64,000 nucleotides of DNA from Cenococcum geophilum (lineage: Eukaryota), in the NCBI GenBank assembly GCA_050273025.1, contig CP158636.1:5580001-5644000 (forward strand), in the 5' to 3' direction. The number at the start of each line of letters is the position of its first letter. Position 1 is the first letter of the stretch. This document shows, piece by piece, positions 1-13,786 of this stretch. Under the pieces are notes generated by a model that did not search any database, was not told the DNA's origin, and was given only the letters and a program-made list of their open reading frames with translations. The position numbers were made by a program, and so were the translations under genes.

Positions 1-1399
1 GGACAAGAATATAGACCAGATCTATCTATAGTAGTATCTATAAGTGCACCCGTTTATATTAATGGCAATATCACCAGTGGCCTAGCTAAGATTTGTAGAA
101 TACCCACTAGGCAAAGCAACGACCATATTTTTGAGTCCTTTAGCCGTAGGTACGGTATAACTACTAAGAGATCCTCCAAATAATCCCGCTAGCTTTTAAT
201 GTCACTAGCTTAAGGCTGCTTAAGTAGCGGTTCCGCTTCGCTTACTAGGTAAGGTGTTCTATATAAAATAGAGAGCCTAACCAATAGAAATATCCTTAAA
301 ATTGGTATTGTAAGGCGTACAACTTAATAGATGTTAATTAATTAGCTAACGGTAAAGATGATAAAACGGGCGACTTTAAGGATATAGGTAATTAGGCAAG
401 AGCCAAAATAAAAATGCCTTAGGTGAATTAATTTAAGTTAAAAAAGGATCTAAATAGTACTCTATATAAGTATTGAACTTTCTATAAAGACCTAAACGTC
501 TAGTTAGTATAGAACTATAATTCTATATAGGGACGTTATATATATGCGTATAGAGTAATTTGCTAGTATATAGCCTAGAGAATACCTTTTATACCCTAGC
601 CATTATTAGATATGCTTATAGTTGCAGAATTTAGATACTTATATAGCTGGCTACAATTTTTACCACCATCTATGATATATAAGTTAGCCGCTTCCTATAT
701 ATAACTAGTAATAACTACGATCTTATAGATTACACGGTACAGGAAAGGAAAGAAATAACTAAAAGGACGGAATAGATATAGTTAATAGTCTTAAATAGCT
801 GTATAATTTGTGGTTTTATAGAATAAGATATATTTACTATAATAATTTTTAAGCAAGACAGCCTACTAGACCTTTTATACCTAGTCTCCCCCAAATAGCT
901 AAAGAACTAAAAATGAGGTAGAATTGTCACTAAAACCTAATATTAGATTAGGGCCTAGATACCGGACAAGAACGTATATAGAGCGAAATTATCCAACGGA
1001 TAGGGACTAGGATAATAGCAACTCTTAGTTAGTATCTAGTAGAGCGTAGGTATATATAGCAGATTCTATATACGCTAGGGGAGTTTAGATAAGGTGGATA
1101 AAAAAGGGCTATATGGCAAACTAGTATTAAGTAGTATTAATCTAACGCTTTAGGATAGAATCCCCCTTCCACTAAATACCCGCTTTATATTGGTTCTTCG
1201 CCCGCCTTATATATCCTTATCCCGGCTATTTATTACTTATTCCCTCTCCTTATAGGGTTCTAAGGTAGCTTACGCGGTATTTTAGGTTTAATACTTAATT
1301 AGTTTATAAAATCCTAAGGCCTATCTAGTATCTCGGGTTAACTATTTAATTGGCTTACCTCTTATTACGCTAAAACTTAAATAAGTATTTGTATTAACT

Positions 1400-3095
1400 A
1401 TTTATAACTAAAACTGACTAGATGGAATTATGCCCTAAAATTATGCCCTAGGGAAATTGCTCTTAACAGCCTATAATATACGCTACTGAAAAACCTTATT
1501 ATATATTGGGGACATGTTCGCTTCCTATAGCCCGTCCGCTATATAAGTTTAAACCTCCTTTTAGATAGGTAGAGGAACCTATATCTAAGAATTATAGGTT
1601 TTAGTAAGATCCTTAGCTTTTTTACGCAATAAGTACTACCTAACGTTAACTGATACTTTATAGTGCGTATAATATATAGCTTACTAAGAAGTATTTCCAT
1701 TTATCATCTGTATATCCTGCAATAGTACGTGCGTCTTAGCTAGACTTATAAGACATAGTGGTATTAAAACGGAAGATTAGGACGATATAATATGACTTAA
1801 GCAGGGTTGTAAGATAAAGACCTAATCGTTCCGACTAATTATATCGCTCCAACCATTCTAACTATTTTAACCATTCTAACTATTCTAACCGGTACAACCC
1901 GCTTACCGTCTCTGGACGCCACCAATAAAGCCTTAAATTAGTATAAAAATCCCACCCCTAGTAACTGTCGCCTTAATACGTCTTCCTATATCCCTAATAC
2001 TTGCAGATAAAGAAGAACCAAGCTGCATAAGTTAAGATGCCGATTATAGCCCCATAATAATACGAGCGTTAAATTCAGCTTGATTAATTAGCTGATTTTT
2101 ATTAATAACGGTTAGACGTGAATTTACGGTTAAGGAATAAGTGCGGTTTTATAAAATGCTCTTAACTAATTACAAACGCCATAAACACTATAATAGATAC
2201 CACCCTAGCTTAAGTACGGCGTAAAGAGGCGGATACTTAAACGGCTTTAAATATCGGGGTTTCTATCTCTAATCCCGTCACTTTCCTGCAATTTATAGTT
2301 CTAAAAACCTATATATTCCGATAAAGATATTACTATAAACACTGTAACGCACACCCACTACCTTATATTAGAGGATTTCTTTAGAGGTTAGATAATTTAC
2401 TTATTAAGAAGTAATAATCCGTCTAAAACAAGATAAGGAGAATTAAACTTGCTATAGCTAAAAAAAAGCTAATAATTGCACTAAGTATAATTATCCGCGA
2501 TGCTTTATTTAACTAGATTTGTTTTACTATAACCCAGAAAGATATATTATAGCCTAGACGCGTACGCCACTCCCACTCTATACAATAACGTTACTAGTAC
2601 AATTCCCCCTTAATGCACGAGCGCTGCAATTTTAAGAATTTTAGACGTATATATATAAACTCATATTATAGTGTAAGTAGATTTATTTAAAGACTGGAGG
2701 ATTAATTTTAATTATATACTGAAATCTTAAATCTAAGCTAGATATAAATGACTACTATTAAAGGCCTATAGTATTAATAGGTTAATATAGCTTCTATAAA
2801 AGAGCATTCTATACGCCTTTCTCTTTAATATAGTCTTATAAGTCTTAGAGATTCGCCTAGATTATAGTCTGTAATTTAATTAGAATAAATACTGTATAGG
2901 AGATATTAAATATACTTAGACTAGTAATACGTTAAAGCGATTATATATTACCTTAGAGAAAGTAGATGTATAGATAATATCCTATACTTTTTGCTCTCTA
3001 GTTCTTCTATAAAGAAGACTAAGGAAATCCCGTAAAGACTTAAAGAACAATTAAATTATGCTATAAGAGAATAACTTCGCAGTCCCCTTATCTAT
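1400..3095 (-). pseudogene. RIP-degraded hypothetical gene, putative Starship cargo
   Basis: Minus-strand frames read as protein-like and are broken mainly by TAA/TAG. No recognisable motif; ends approximate. Confidence 0.3.
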
Positions 3096-4429
3096 ATAAG
3101 TGCTGAGAATTTCACTTAATATTATATAATTAAGTGTTCGGGGGACCTGTTGGTATATATATATAGGATCTACTGGACCCCTTTACTGGTTATTTAGGCC
3201 CGTAGTGATTTGCTTAGATAATAGACTGGTGCCAAAATGCTTGGAATTGTCCAACTTAAAAGGTATTGTTTCCTGGCTTTATAAGCTCTCTATAGGACTA
3301 ATCTTAATAATAGAAGACGCCTTTTTTAGATCCACCTTAACAAATTGCAGGGTATTCGCTCGTTGATAAAGCTTAGTAATTAATACACTATATCTAGAAT
3401 CTCGATCCTAACTATAAGCGGCTCTTAAAGTGCTAATAATCTATATAAGAGGCAGCTAAGTATAACGTATTAAGAAACTAATGGTCGGTATAATCTAGTA
3501 AGTTGCGGCTTTAATAAGCAAGCTAATAGTTAAGTAAGTATCCATATTAAAGCGTAAAAAGCGGCTGTAAATGGTTAGCGGAAATAGAACAAACTAGGGA
3601 AAGGTTTAAAAGGAGCGGGAAAAATAGTAAAGTAGGGTAGTAATGAATGAAAGATATAAAAGACGCGTTAAGGTAACCGGTAGAGTAGATAATAAAGGCA
3701 ATTATATATCCCTAGCGTAACGGGGCGGAAATCAGCTCTATATATTAGGTCTTTCTGTGCCCTTTCCTTCAAATAGCATCCTTAGATATATTAAGGCGTC
3801 TTACTCTTTAGCTCCTTAAGGAAGAAATCGTCACAAATCGTGGGAAAGGAATCCTCTAATGGCAATAAGGCTTAGGGCATTCTGCGACAAAACGAGCTGT
3901 AGTACTAAATATTTCGCGTCGCACGCCTAATTAAGTTTACGACTTATATCATCTCCTATCTTAGCTAAAAGAGAGGTCTAGTTTTTAACTGCGCATTATA
4001 AGTAAAAGCAATGCGGTTTAGAGGTTAATAATCGCTACTATATTAGCGCAGCTCCATAAGGGCCTTGCGCCAATTATATTGCTAAAATCCAATATTGCGC
4101 ACTAGATTTAAGCAATGTAATTGGCGTAAGGCTCTTCTAAGTTTTAAGGGCTGGAGGCGCGCTAGCGATCTGCTGGGGAATTAGAGGGAAACTATGTACT
4201 TAACTACTCTTTTATCTTAACATAAATTACACAACTTATAACCTACTATAATGAACTTTAGTATTACAGCAGCCCTAGATCTTATCCGCAATGCCTCTAA
4301 TAAGTAGCTTTAACCTTATCTCTTTAATATTATATATACTATTTAAAGGCTCCAGAAGCTTCCTATTAATACCTATTAGCATTATCCGCCTCTTTTAGAG
4401 AATAAACGCGGCCACTACAATTTGCCCAA

Positions 4430-4690
4430 CACTTTTTTAGGGAGTGAGGATGCCTAGCTTTCTCTAAAGAGTAAGGATGCCTAGCCTTCTCTAAGAAATA
4501 AGGATATCGTTTAGCCTTTTCTAGGGAATAAGGATAATGTCGTCCAGCCTTCTCTAGGGAATATCTAGCCTTCTCCTAAAAATGAGAATGTTGTCCGGCC
4601 TTCTTTAGAGAGTAAGGATGTTTAGCCTTCTCTAGGGAGTGTCTAGCCTTCTTTAGGGAATAAAGTTACTTCTCTACCTTCTCTTTTATC
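4430..4690. repeat. Degenerate ~27-bp tandem repeat (CTAGCCTTCTCTAGGGAGTAAGGATG-like), about 8 copies
   Basis: Read directly. On the minus strand it encodes EG(Q)xSxLx(R/K)-like peptide repeats. Confidence 0.75.
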
Positions 4691-5684
4691 TGGATGTATG
4701 AACCTACTTAATATATTATTAATAAACCTCCCTAAGATTAAGACATTCGTTAATATATCCATAGGGGAAGATTTAAAGGCTATTATTAGTAAACCAAAGT
4801 GGTTAAACAAATATCCCCTTATTAAGGATCTTATTGCTACCAACGGCGATTTATTAGATAACGCTATTTTTTAAAAGCTTTTTAGCTAATGGACACTTGC
4901 AGATTCTTTTAAGAAATAGCAATTAGAGTTTACGGGTATATTAAGGATTAAAAGTTTAGTTAAAAGTTGAGCCGCTTCCGTAAAGGAAGTTAGCTATATT
5001 ATATTATTTGCAAGAAGTATAGGATGTCGTAACGTCACTAAAGCGGCTTTAGCTGTTAGACATAAAATTAAGCTTTATATTATGCAAAGACTTAAAGGGG
5101 TAAAGCTATTAGTTCTCTTAGCCTTTACCTATAACGCCTGCTGGAGATTAAATTTACCTAACATTAATAACTTTCTTACGGCTTTACGGCACCCGTCTTA
5201 TTTTATAATATTTAAAATTGTGTAAAGATGCTTAGCTTAGATGGGACAGTGTTAAGAGCTTTATTCTGGTTAGATACTTTCTCTTAAACTAATATATCTT
5301 AGCACCACTAACCCGCCCTAGCTAAGCCTAAAAAAGCGAATTTCCTTCCCTTGCAAACGCCCCTATGCAGAAGTTACTAAACCCGAGGATTTTATATTAG
5401 TGTATAATTACTAACGCGCAGATTTAACAACATTATACCCTTCTTAGCTACTAATAACAGCCTTAACGAATAGCATGCAGATATATAAGAGTAAAGTTAT
5501 ACTTCTAAATAGCAGAATCTCTAATTTATTACAGGCTATAGAACATCTTCTTTATAATTTATTAAACAATATCCTTAAGCCTCTAAGCCAGCGGGCGAAT
5601 CCCTTACACTACGCCTTAATCAAGATATAAATAGTATAGCGTATTTAAATGGAACCCCTAGCGGCTCTAGTTCTATAGACGTTA

Positions 5685-5895
5685 GTGGCAATAGTAAATA
5701 GATAAGCTATAATGAGGCGCAATAGGTATACGGAGACCAAATCGGCAGTAATACGCTACTAGAAATTAGTAACAGCGAATAAATAAGCTATAATGAGGCG
5801 TAATAGGTGTATAGAGACCAAATCGGTAGTAATATACTACTGGCGATTAGCGACAGCGAACGGATAAGCTATGGCGCCGCGTAATAGGTATATAA
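5685..5895. repeat. 81-bp tandem repeat, about 2.6 copies
   Basis: ATAAGCTAT(A/G) recurs at about 5702, 5783 and 5864; GAGACCAAATCGG occurs twice. Confidence 0.85.
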
Positions 5896-7911
5896 TAAGT
5901 TCCTTAACAATGCGGTTGCTATGAGTTTTGCTTATAAGTATTAGTGAATTTCTTTTAAAACTCTTGTATTATTATACACCCTAGTTTTGGATTTTTAACG
6001 CGGTATAATAATGGTTTAATAATATCCCTTATTAAGCAGAACCAGCAGTTTAAGCTTAGTTAATAATTGGTACCATAATTAATACACTAATACCACCTCC
6101 ACTTTTGTTCTATTCTACCTATTATAAACTAGCCCAGTAATAGCTCCACCTACTCTCTAAATGCGGGATAGTATGACTAAGCGGGACTTAGGAGTCCCTA
6201 TAAGGGCTAAAAGCTAATATATATACTACTAAATCGTTTAGATATTGCATTAAAATGCGTCGTCCCATAAAATAGACTGTTGGGCCTATATATAAAGAGT
6301 TTATATTAACTACTCCAACTTCTAACTTTAGTAGTATTTCTAGTATCTTTAACTTAAATCCCTTGTTTACGTTAGCCGCTAGAGTCACTATACTAAAGTA
6401 AACTACGTTAAATATACTATTTTTATAAGCTTACGCGCTTTATTACTTTCCGTAGTGTCTATTAAGGCAATAGCAGGCGTAGGCGCAGTCTTGGTTAGCG
6501 TAGTCTTCTAAATCTTCTAGATCGTCTCCTTTAGGCTAGATTATGCAAGGTCTATGTGTGACTTGTTAATTACAAATACTATATGTATCCTATTCCGGTA
6601 ATCTTTTATTAAAGTTTTATACTTACTTATTTTTTGCGTTACTATGTCTAATTTTACAAGCTCGCTGCGAGTAAAATTGTCTAAGTGGTGGGGCAGTTTA
6701 GAAGGGTAGGCTTTGTCAGCCTATTTACATTTCGCGCGCTAGGGTATACTAATTCGCTAACGCGCATAGATATTAAAATGCTTAGCATTTCAAACGAGCC
6801 TCAAACATTTAATACCCTAACGCTTAAGTAAGCGTTACTATTAACGCTTAGGCTTTACTATTTTTATTAGCGAGGATTTAGTGGTAATGTTTTCGATGCC
6901 TTAAATACACCGCTAAAACAAGATTAATATGCATAATGGCCGCTGTGTGGGCCGCTATATATATTAAACGCTCGGCATCTTATCCCGTGTAGATGCATTT
7001 ATAGTGCCCTTCCTACCCTTTAATATATCTAGCAGCCCAGACTTCGCACCTAGCTATAATAAGGCCTACTAATGGCATACGGTACGCACCATAACCTCTT
7101 AACGATCTTTATTAATCGCTGCCCCTACTCCTATCTACAATTATATAGCTATACTTTTAAAACTAATAAGTACTATATTTAACGCTTTTTTCTTTTTAAG
7201 TTAGACTGTTTAAGCCCTTAAAAGTAAGGATAAAGTGCACCTCAACCTACTACCCGCTAAAACGTTTACTAACTAACCCAGACCTCTTATATCAACACTG
7301 CTATTAAGAAAATACCTATCCTTATTAAATATGCCCGGAATAAAAGAGTATTATATACTCTTTAAAACGTCTAAAACTGGCTATAATAAAATAGCCGGAG
7401 TCTCTCCTAATGCTTAGGGAAAAAAACAGTTTAAATTTATTAAAGTAGGTTATAAATATAGGTAATTTCTAATAGATCTTAAGCTTTACAGGTTTTAAAA
7501 TGGATCGGTTTCCGCTATAATCTATCTACTAAACCCGAGTACGCTTAAGTCCTAATAAATTTTCGCATTAGTAATATTAAAAATTAGTTATATGCTCTGT
7601 TAGAAGCAGTAGGGCTAATATAAGGCGGGGAGCAAATTATAAAAGATATAAACGCGGCAAAATTAAAGGTTAAACAGTTGAAGTTGCTAGAGGGGTTTTT
7701 TAGTGACTTGGAAAAGAGCAATATAGAGGAGGGTTTGCGTGCTCTAGGCTTTGAGATAGGGTTTAACTATATAAAACATCCGTAGTGTATATTACATATC
7801 TAGGAAAACCTGCTATTCGGCTACTAGATTATTAATTCTCGTTTCAAATAGCATCAATTTCTCCCATTTCACTTTCTTCTTACTCCCTATATTTTCAGAA
7901 TTGAAGTCTAC

Positions 7912-9880
7912 TATGCCCCCGCCTTATTAGTGCTGCTAGCTATCTGCTATACTTTAGCTCGTTACTAATACCACGGTTAAAAAACCTTCTTTGGGGATTG
8001 ATTTAAAGAAGAATATGTCTCTCCGCTAGTAACTGTTCCTTCCGCAAATAGTATAGCGAAGGCTATTATATAACGTTTTCGCATTTCTATATATAATTAT
8101 GGCGTACTAATTCATACCTCCCCCTATGCTATATAATTACATTTATAGCTAGCCGAGCTAGGCTTCTCTACTTGTAATAGGTTAGCCTCCTATGTTTTAT
8201 AAGTATACTTAGTCTTACCCTTTACCAATCTTTTACTACCTATGATAAGGCTGGAACTGGCGTCTTCTTGTATTTATACCGTCTAGTAAGTCGGATTTAG
8301 GCCTGCCTTCGCGCATTCCATGTCGTTTGCAGCCCAACTTAAATCCATACACTTCCTCGTTATTCCAATAAAAACTCTTATAAAGTTTAACTTTGCCAAC
8401 ACGCATGTACTACCTCTGCTAGGGTTTTACTAATTAATGCATAAATAGACCTTTAAGACCTTTAAAGACCTCTAAAGACCGGCGATAACTTACCCACTAA
8501 GGCAAGTAGAATATAATCCGCCCCTTCTATATCTTTAGTAATCTAATCACTACTCTTAGGTACCTATTATCGTGATAGATACATCCAATAAAAGCTAAAA
8601 GCCAGCCTATTGGGTTCTAAAGTTAGGAGATGAGATTTCTAAGGAGGATAAAAAACGAGATATTACCTTTATGGGATAAGAAGAAGGCGATTTACGTAAA
8701 GCAAAAGTAAGTAATTACCTATATTATAAGTAAACAGGTCCCTAATATCTTAAAGATTTGTAAGATTATCGGCATTCTATATACTCAACCCGATATTCGC
8801 CGGGCTGCAGTTCCTATATATAATACAATTATTTAAATGACTTCGGTCGTACCACGCTACTATAGTAGTAGATTAATTATAGCGGAAATTAATTACGGTG
8901 GAATATCAATAAGGTCTAATTGCTTTTCTGGCGATGTACAGCTTATAGAAGGTGGAAAGGAAGCTTTAGAATAATTGGATAAAGAGGTAAAGGAACTTAA
9001 TAAAGCTAACTGGGATGCTGCGCCCCACTTTTTAGTTAAACTCGCGTACTTTGCTACCCTAATGCTTACGGTAGCTTTAGTACTTCCGTATAAGGAATAA
9101 TTGAGTTTATATAGAGGAACTACGCTGCTTAAATTGCTCGATTTTGTTTGAAGAATACAAGATCTCGTGTGGCTTATATAATGGGCTAGCGGTTTACCGG
9201 GGGGTCGGAGCCCTAGGGGAACGAAGCCCTAGGGGATCGAAGCCCTGGGGGATTGAAGCCTTGGGGATTAATTTAGGAAATGTATTTTTATCTACCGAGC
9301 TTTATATAGTAGTAGTGTGTTCGCGAGGTTGGTTTTATTAATCTGCTTACTTAGTTAGCGAATTGTTAATAGGGAATATAGTATCTCTAAGACTTATAAA
9401 GTAATCAACCAAGAATCTAGCTAGTGCCCCTTATTTAAAAAGTATACTTCGACCAGCTAATAATAAGAAGGTTAATGGCCGGGAAACCGCTCTCAGAGGC
9501 GCAGGAATAATGTAATTGGCGGGCCGGTACGCAGGAATATAATACTATTTAACTTTACTTAATATGGCTTGGAGGAGTATAGAGCCTTAACCTAAGTTAC
9601 GGGAATATGTTCTCCAACTAAGCCTCTATTATATGACCTAACTGCTTTTAGGCGCTGCGGCCGCATACCCCGCCACTTACCCTTCTTGGAACTTTAGAAG
9701 TTATATAAGTCCTTAGTTAAGCGACTAACGTTTAAGGCTCTAACTAATTAGCCAAATCTATTACAGATTAGATAAAGCTAATGATGACTTTTTAATATAT
9801 ATATAGAGGCTCTAGAGCTACGTCCAATAAAGCAAAGTTCTTGTTCTTAATCGTCCTATTTAACACTAAATCACTCCCTT
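7912..9880 (+). pseudogene. RIP-degraded intron-containing hypothetical gene, putative Starship cargo
   Basis: ATG near 7912 opens a frame with mostly TAA/TAG stops up to a GTAAGT donor at about 8707; coding-like sequence resumes after about 8765. No family recognised. Confidence 0.4.
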
Positions 9881-9935
9881 AAATATTGCTTAAGACGCAG
9901 TCGAAACTAGAACCAAAAAAGAAAACCAACAAAAT

Positions 9936-10871
9936 ATACTATTTAAAAGTGTTCCGTTCAGCTTAGCGCAGCTTATAGATAGTGAGAAATATAGCGACTT
10001 AAAACTTATATACCAGGGGCTGGAGTTTAAAGTCTATAAAGCGATTATATGCACCCAATCTCTTGTACTTACAGCTGCCTATAATAGAGGCTTTTAGATA
10101 AAAGCTAACTAAATGTCTTATAGAATTAACCCTAACTAACTAACTGACGGGTAGGAGGCGGTAACTAATATTATAAATATTAACGAATTCGATTCTGGTA
10201 CCGTTAAGAGAATAATCCAATTTATATACAAGAGGGACTATAATAATGGCGGTGGCGATAATAAAGATATAACAACATGGCTGATAACGGCCGATATTAC
10301 ACTTTACCACGTCCGCGTTAATGTAATTGCCGATTACTATAATATACTATAGCTGAAAGAGCTTGCGAATATAAAAATCTAATACATTCTAGGAACCTGC
10401 TAGTCTACGGATAGGTTCCCTAATATTATTAAGGATATCTTCAGCCTAATAGGCGACTTAGCATTATATAATATAATTACCTTAACAGCGGCCAAGCATA
10501 TTAAAGAGCTTATTAAACTTAAGGACTTTACAGAGCTAAACGTTATAAGCGATTTCGCCATCGGCATTATACGGATAGCGATTACCGCATCTAGGGACAT
10601 AGAGGAAAATTTTATATAGAAACTTTAAGCTGTCTAGTCTTAGCTACAATAAACAAAATCACAACTTTAATCCGCTAAGGCGAGGTACGCCGCGGCTAAG
10701 CGCAAAAGCGAAAATATTAATAGCTGTCTTAATGCCCTCTGCTCTACTAGGACCTGTTATAATATTAGTTGCAGCGCCGAGTTTACATATTATATTAAGG
10801 ACAGCAGTTATCTATCTAACCCTAATTGCCCTTATATACTTCGTTACAAAAAGTGCCAGCGTTATATATAA
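9936..10871 (+). pseudogene. BTB/POZ-domain protein (RIP relic)
   Basis: Reads SEKYSDLKLI(C)QGLEFKV(H)KAIICTQS(P)VL..A(C)(D)(G)GF(Q), then an intron, then EAVTNIINI(D)EFDSGTVKR(M)IQF(M)YK(G)DY and later YHVRVN.IADYY.I..LKELA. This is the typical fungal BTB pattern. Cys-rich C-terminus. Confidence 0.88.
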
Positions 10872-11262
10872 GTAAAGATGTATAGATTAGGAGGTTAGCT
10901 TAGGTAGGAAGTTATTATATAATACTTCTCTTCCTTTCTCCGTTCGGGTTGATCTAAGAAATTCAAATGTATATCTCGTTTATAGTCGGTCTATTAGATA
11001 TTATGTAGCAACTATATTATCCATCCCCTATTAGCCACCTATTACCTCACCCCTTACCCCTTACCCCTTACCCCACCCTTTATCTTATCCTTCGCCTCAC
11101 CTTATCTTACCTTTACCTTACCTATTACCCCTTGCCCCCCTAAACGAATTACAAAATCCTAGCCATTACATCTATTCTACTAAATACTGGAATAGGATTA
11201 GATGAAAATAGACTAAAATAAAATAAAAAGTGGTAAAGAATAATAAGATAAGCGCGTAATAA

Positions 11263-13786
11263 CTAGGAAAGGGTCCCGTATATACTAAGCGTATAGTTTT
11301 AAAGATGCATTTTATACTTAAGGGTTACTTCGCAAATGTTACACTTAATCTCACCCTACTGTGGAAGTTTAGAGAGATGCGTTAGTTAGAAATACTTTAT
11401 AAGAGCAGCTAGAGTGTAGAACTTATATATACGCTTACTAATTATAAGATTTTTATTCCCAAGGCAGATAAAGTATATTTTTGGTCTTTTCTCCTTATAT
11501 AAGGATAACTTTGCCCTCTTTAGCGCTTTAGCAGCTTCTAAAATCTTAGCGTCTTCTTTAATCTTAACTTTACCAAGGGTGATATCTGTCCTAGACTGTC
11601 TTTAGTAATAATTCCGCCAATATACTCTGCCTTTCTCGACATTGCAGTAATCTACAACCGTATTAATAGCATTATTGCGTCTACGTATCTTATCTTCTAG
11701 TGACACGCCAGGAAGCGTTATAATCGCTTAGATAAGGCGTTTGTATTTAACTAATCTATTATCGCTAGATTCCAAGGTTGCTTTAATATCCTCACTAAAT
11801 TTATCCCTAGAAAGTTGCCGCTCAATATTAATTATAGCTTGTTTATTGTCCCAATTCTTCTTAATATTTTTTAATAGCGCATTTCTCTGACTTTGCCTTT
11901 TATTTGTAATTTCTTAGCTAAGTTTTTGGTATTTTATACTTCCTGCGGGTTTGCGCTTAAGGCTAAGCTTTAGCTTATTTTAAATTTTGATTAAGGTACA
12001 AATACGTAGGTTCTTATTTACTGATAAGGATTGTTCTGTTATTAGGTGCTGTAGCCGCCGCGGGTTAATTAATTGGCTTATTCGGTATACCGCTTTTATT
12101 AACTTTTCTTAAGGCTCTAAGCCTTAAACGATTGCCTATATATCTACGCCAACACGCTATGGAAGGTAGTGCTTTAGGAATGTTCGAGCGTCGGTATACT
12201 GCATTATTAGGTTTTAGAGGGCGTTACTTACGTTACCTAGGTAGTATAGGCGTTAGAAAGGTTTTAGTAGAACTAGCTTTATATAATAGAACTCACTATT
12301 CTTATTAAATGCCTTACCTGCGCTATAATAGAGACTATATAGGCGCGCAACCTGCCGAAATCCCGTGATTACGCTAAGGTCCTTAATCTAGGGCAAAAGA
12401 GTTAAGTATAGTAAAGGCTGGTTAAGTAAGACCTTGTGGCCGTAGGGGGTCTTAATTAATCGCCGAAATATGGGGATATTATCTAGGTTTGAACGGAGTG
12501 GTAGCGGCAACTTATTATGCCTAGGCTTAATATATAGCTTGCTAAGCTGCTCTGCGGACGTTAGATTAGGGGGTATAAAAGCTTAGTTAGTAAAGAGAAG
12601 GCCTAGGAGAAAGACGTAAGGGCTAAGAATAAGTAAAGGGTTGAAGATAATCTTAGGAATTGGGAAAGTATTACTAGTTCTCTATAAGTATAAGGTAAGA
12701 GAAATAGGGTAAAAAGAGAACGTACGCTTCTTTTATGCTAAGATATTCCTTAGTGAATTCGAATATAAACTTAAGCATAATCTTATAAGGCCCGCCTTCT
12801 GGGTTATAAATAAGTATAACTATTATATATCGGTAGTATAGATTAAGAAGAGCTTTAGGTCGGCTTGCAGTATAAAAGCCTAGCTATAGTAAGAAATGGA
12901 CTTAGATCTGATGTCGTTTAACTGCATATCTCTTCCTTATTATAACTAAGTTAGTCTTAAAAACTAGGGCGAGATCCTCCGCGTCTATAACAGTCTTTTC
13001 TTACTTTTTTTTGCTTAAGCTATGTTTCTTCGCTAGTTTCCGAAGTACCTAAGAAAGATATCTTAGCTCTGCTTTACCTTACTAGGTTAAAGGGTTAACT
13101 GGGAACGTAATTACCTTATATATTTAGCGGTTTAGTTTACTAGGAATTTTCCTATTAGTCGCTTTCTTATATATAAGGCGATAGTACTTTTAGTATAAGC
13201 CAAGCGAGCTAGAAGCCTTCGTCCCGTACTATTTCCTACCCCCTTTCTCTTATTTCTAATTTAGAAACTAGTTAAAGAAGCTATAAAGGAGCTGAAGTAA
13301 GAGGACTTGGTATATTTTTTTAGGGTCTTTCCCTATGTAGGTGCAGTATCTAGAAATTGTTAGCTCTCCGCCAAGTTAGGCCTAAGAAGAAGCCGCTAAA
13401 TAGGTTATTACTTACTGATACTAGTGCTCTTTAATGCGGTTAAGGAGATTCGTACTACTATCGGTATAGTCCTACGTCATAAAATTGGATTCCTCAAACT
13501 CTTTTAACTGTTTAAGGTAGTATTCTAGTAGATGGTTTTAATCCTTATAAAGCTATGCTTAAGCAGGCGCTTTATAAGTATCATCAGATCCAGCGATGCT
13601 ATTAGCGTTACAATTAATGCTACTATTGGCGTTGCGGTCGGCATCACTGTCGGTATTACTATTGGTATTGCTGTTGAAGACGGTCGGCTCTATCCCGTAG
13701 CTGTTACCATCGCTATCTATATTTATGTACTCATCGTTAGTAATACTGGACGATAAGCTGCGATCTAATAATTAAGCGCGCCGTAT
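11263..13786 (-). pseudogene. DUF3435 tyrosine recombinase (Starship 'captain'), RIP relic
   Basis: Minus strand: acidic N-terminus; H(PP)EYYLKQL(E)EFEES.F...DY.DSSTNLL(D)RI(E)EH(W)Y then a GTAAGT intron; PEGGP(H)KIML(E)F.FEFTKEYL then an intron; NTFPIP(E)IIF(D)P.L.LSP(H)VFLLGLLF; LPGVSLED.IRRRNNAIN.V.DYC; EKRPKI(C)FICLGN. Stop codon at 11263; the start ATG has been RIPed to ATA at 13786. Confidence 0.9.

Larger units (their letters stand above)
3183..6150 (-). pseudogene. RIP-degraded large hypothetical gene with internal peptide repeats, putative Starship cargo
   Basis: Coherent minus-strand frame segments (e.g. PLTIYSRFLRFNMDTYL near 3580-3535; ORF 4643-4843). Contains repeats whose periods are multiples of 3 (~27 bp and 81 bp). 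Confidence 0.4.

Noticed and set aside
11040..11140. Interstitial telomere repeats
   Set aside because: The unit is CCCCTTA/CCTTA rather than CCCTAA, and it is short and degenerate: a pyrimidine-rich intergenic tract.
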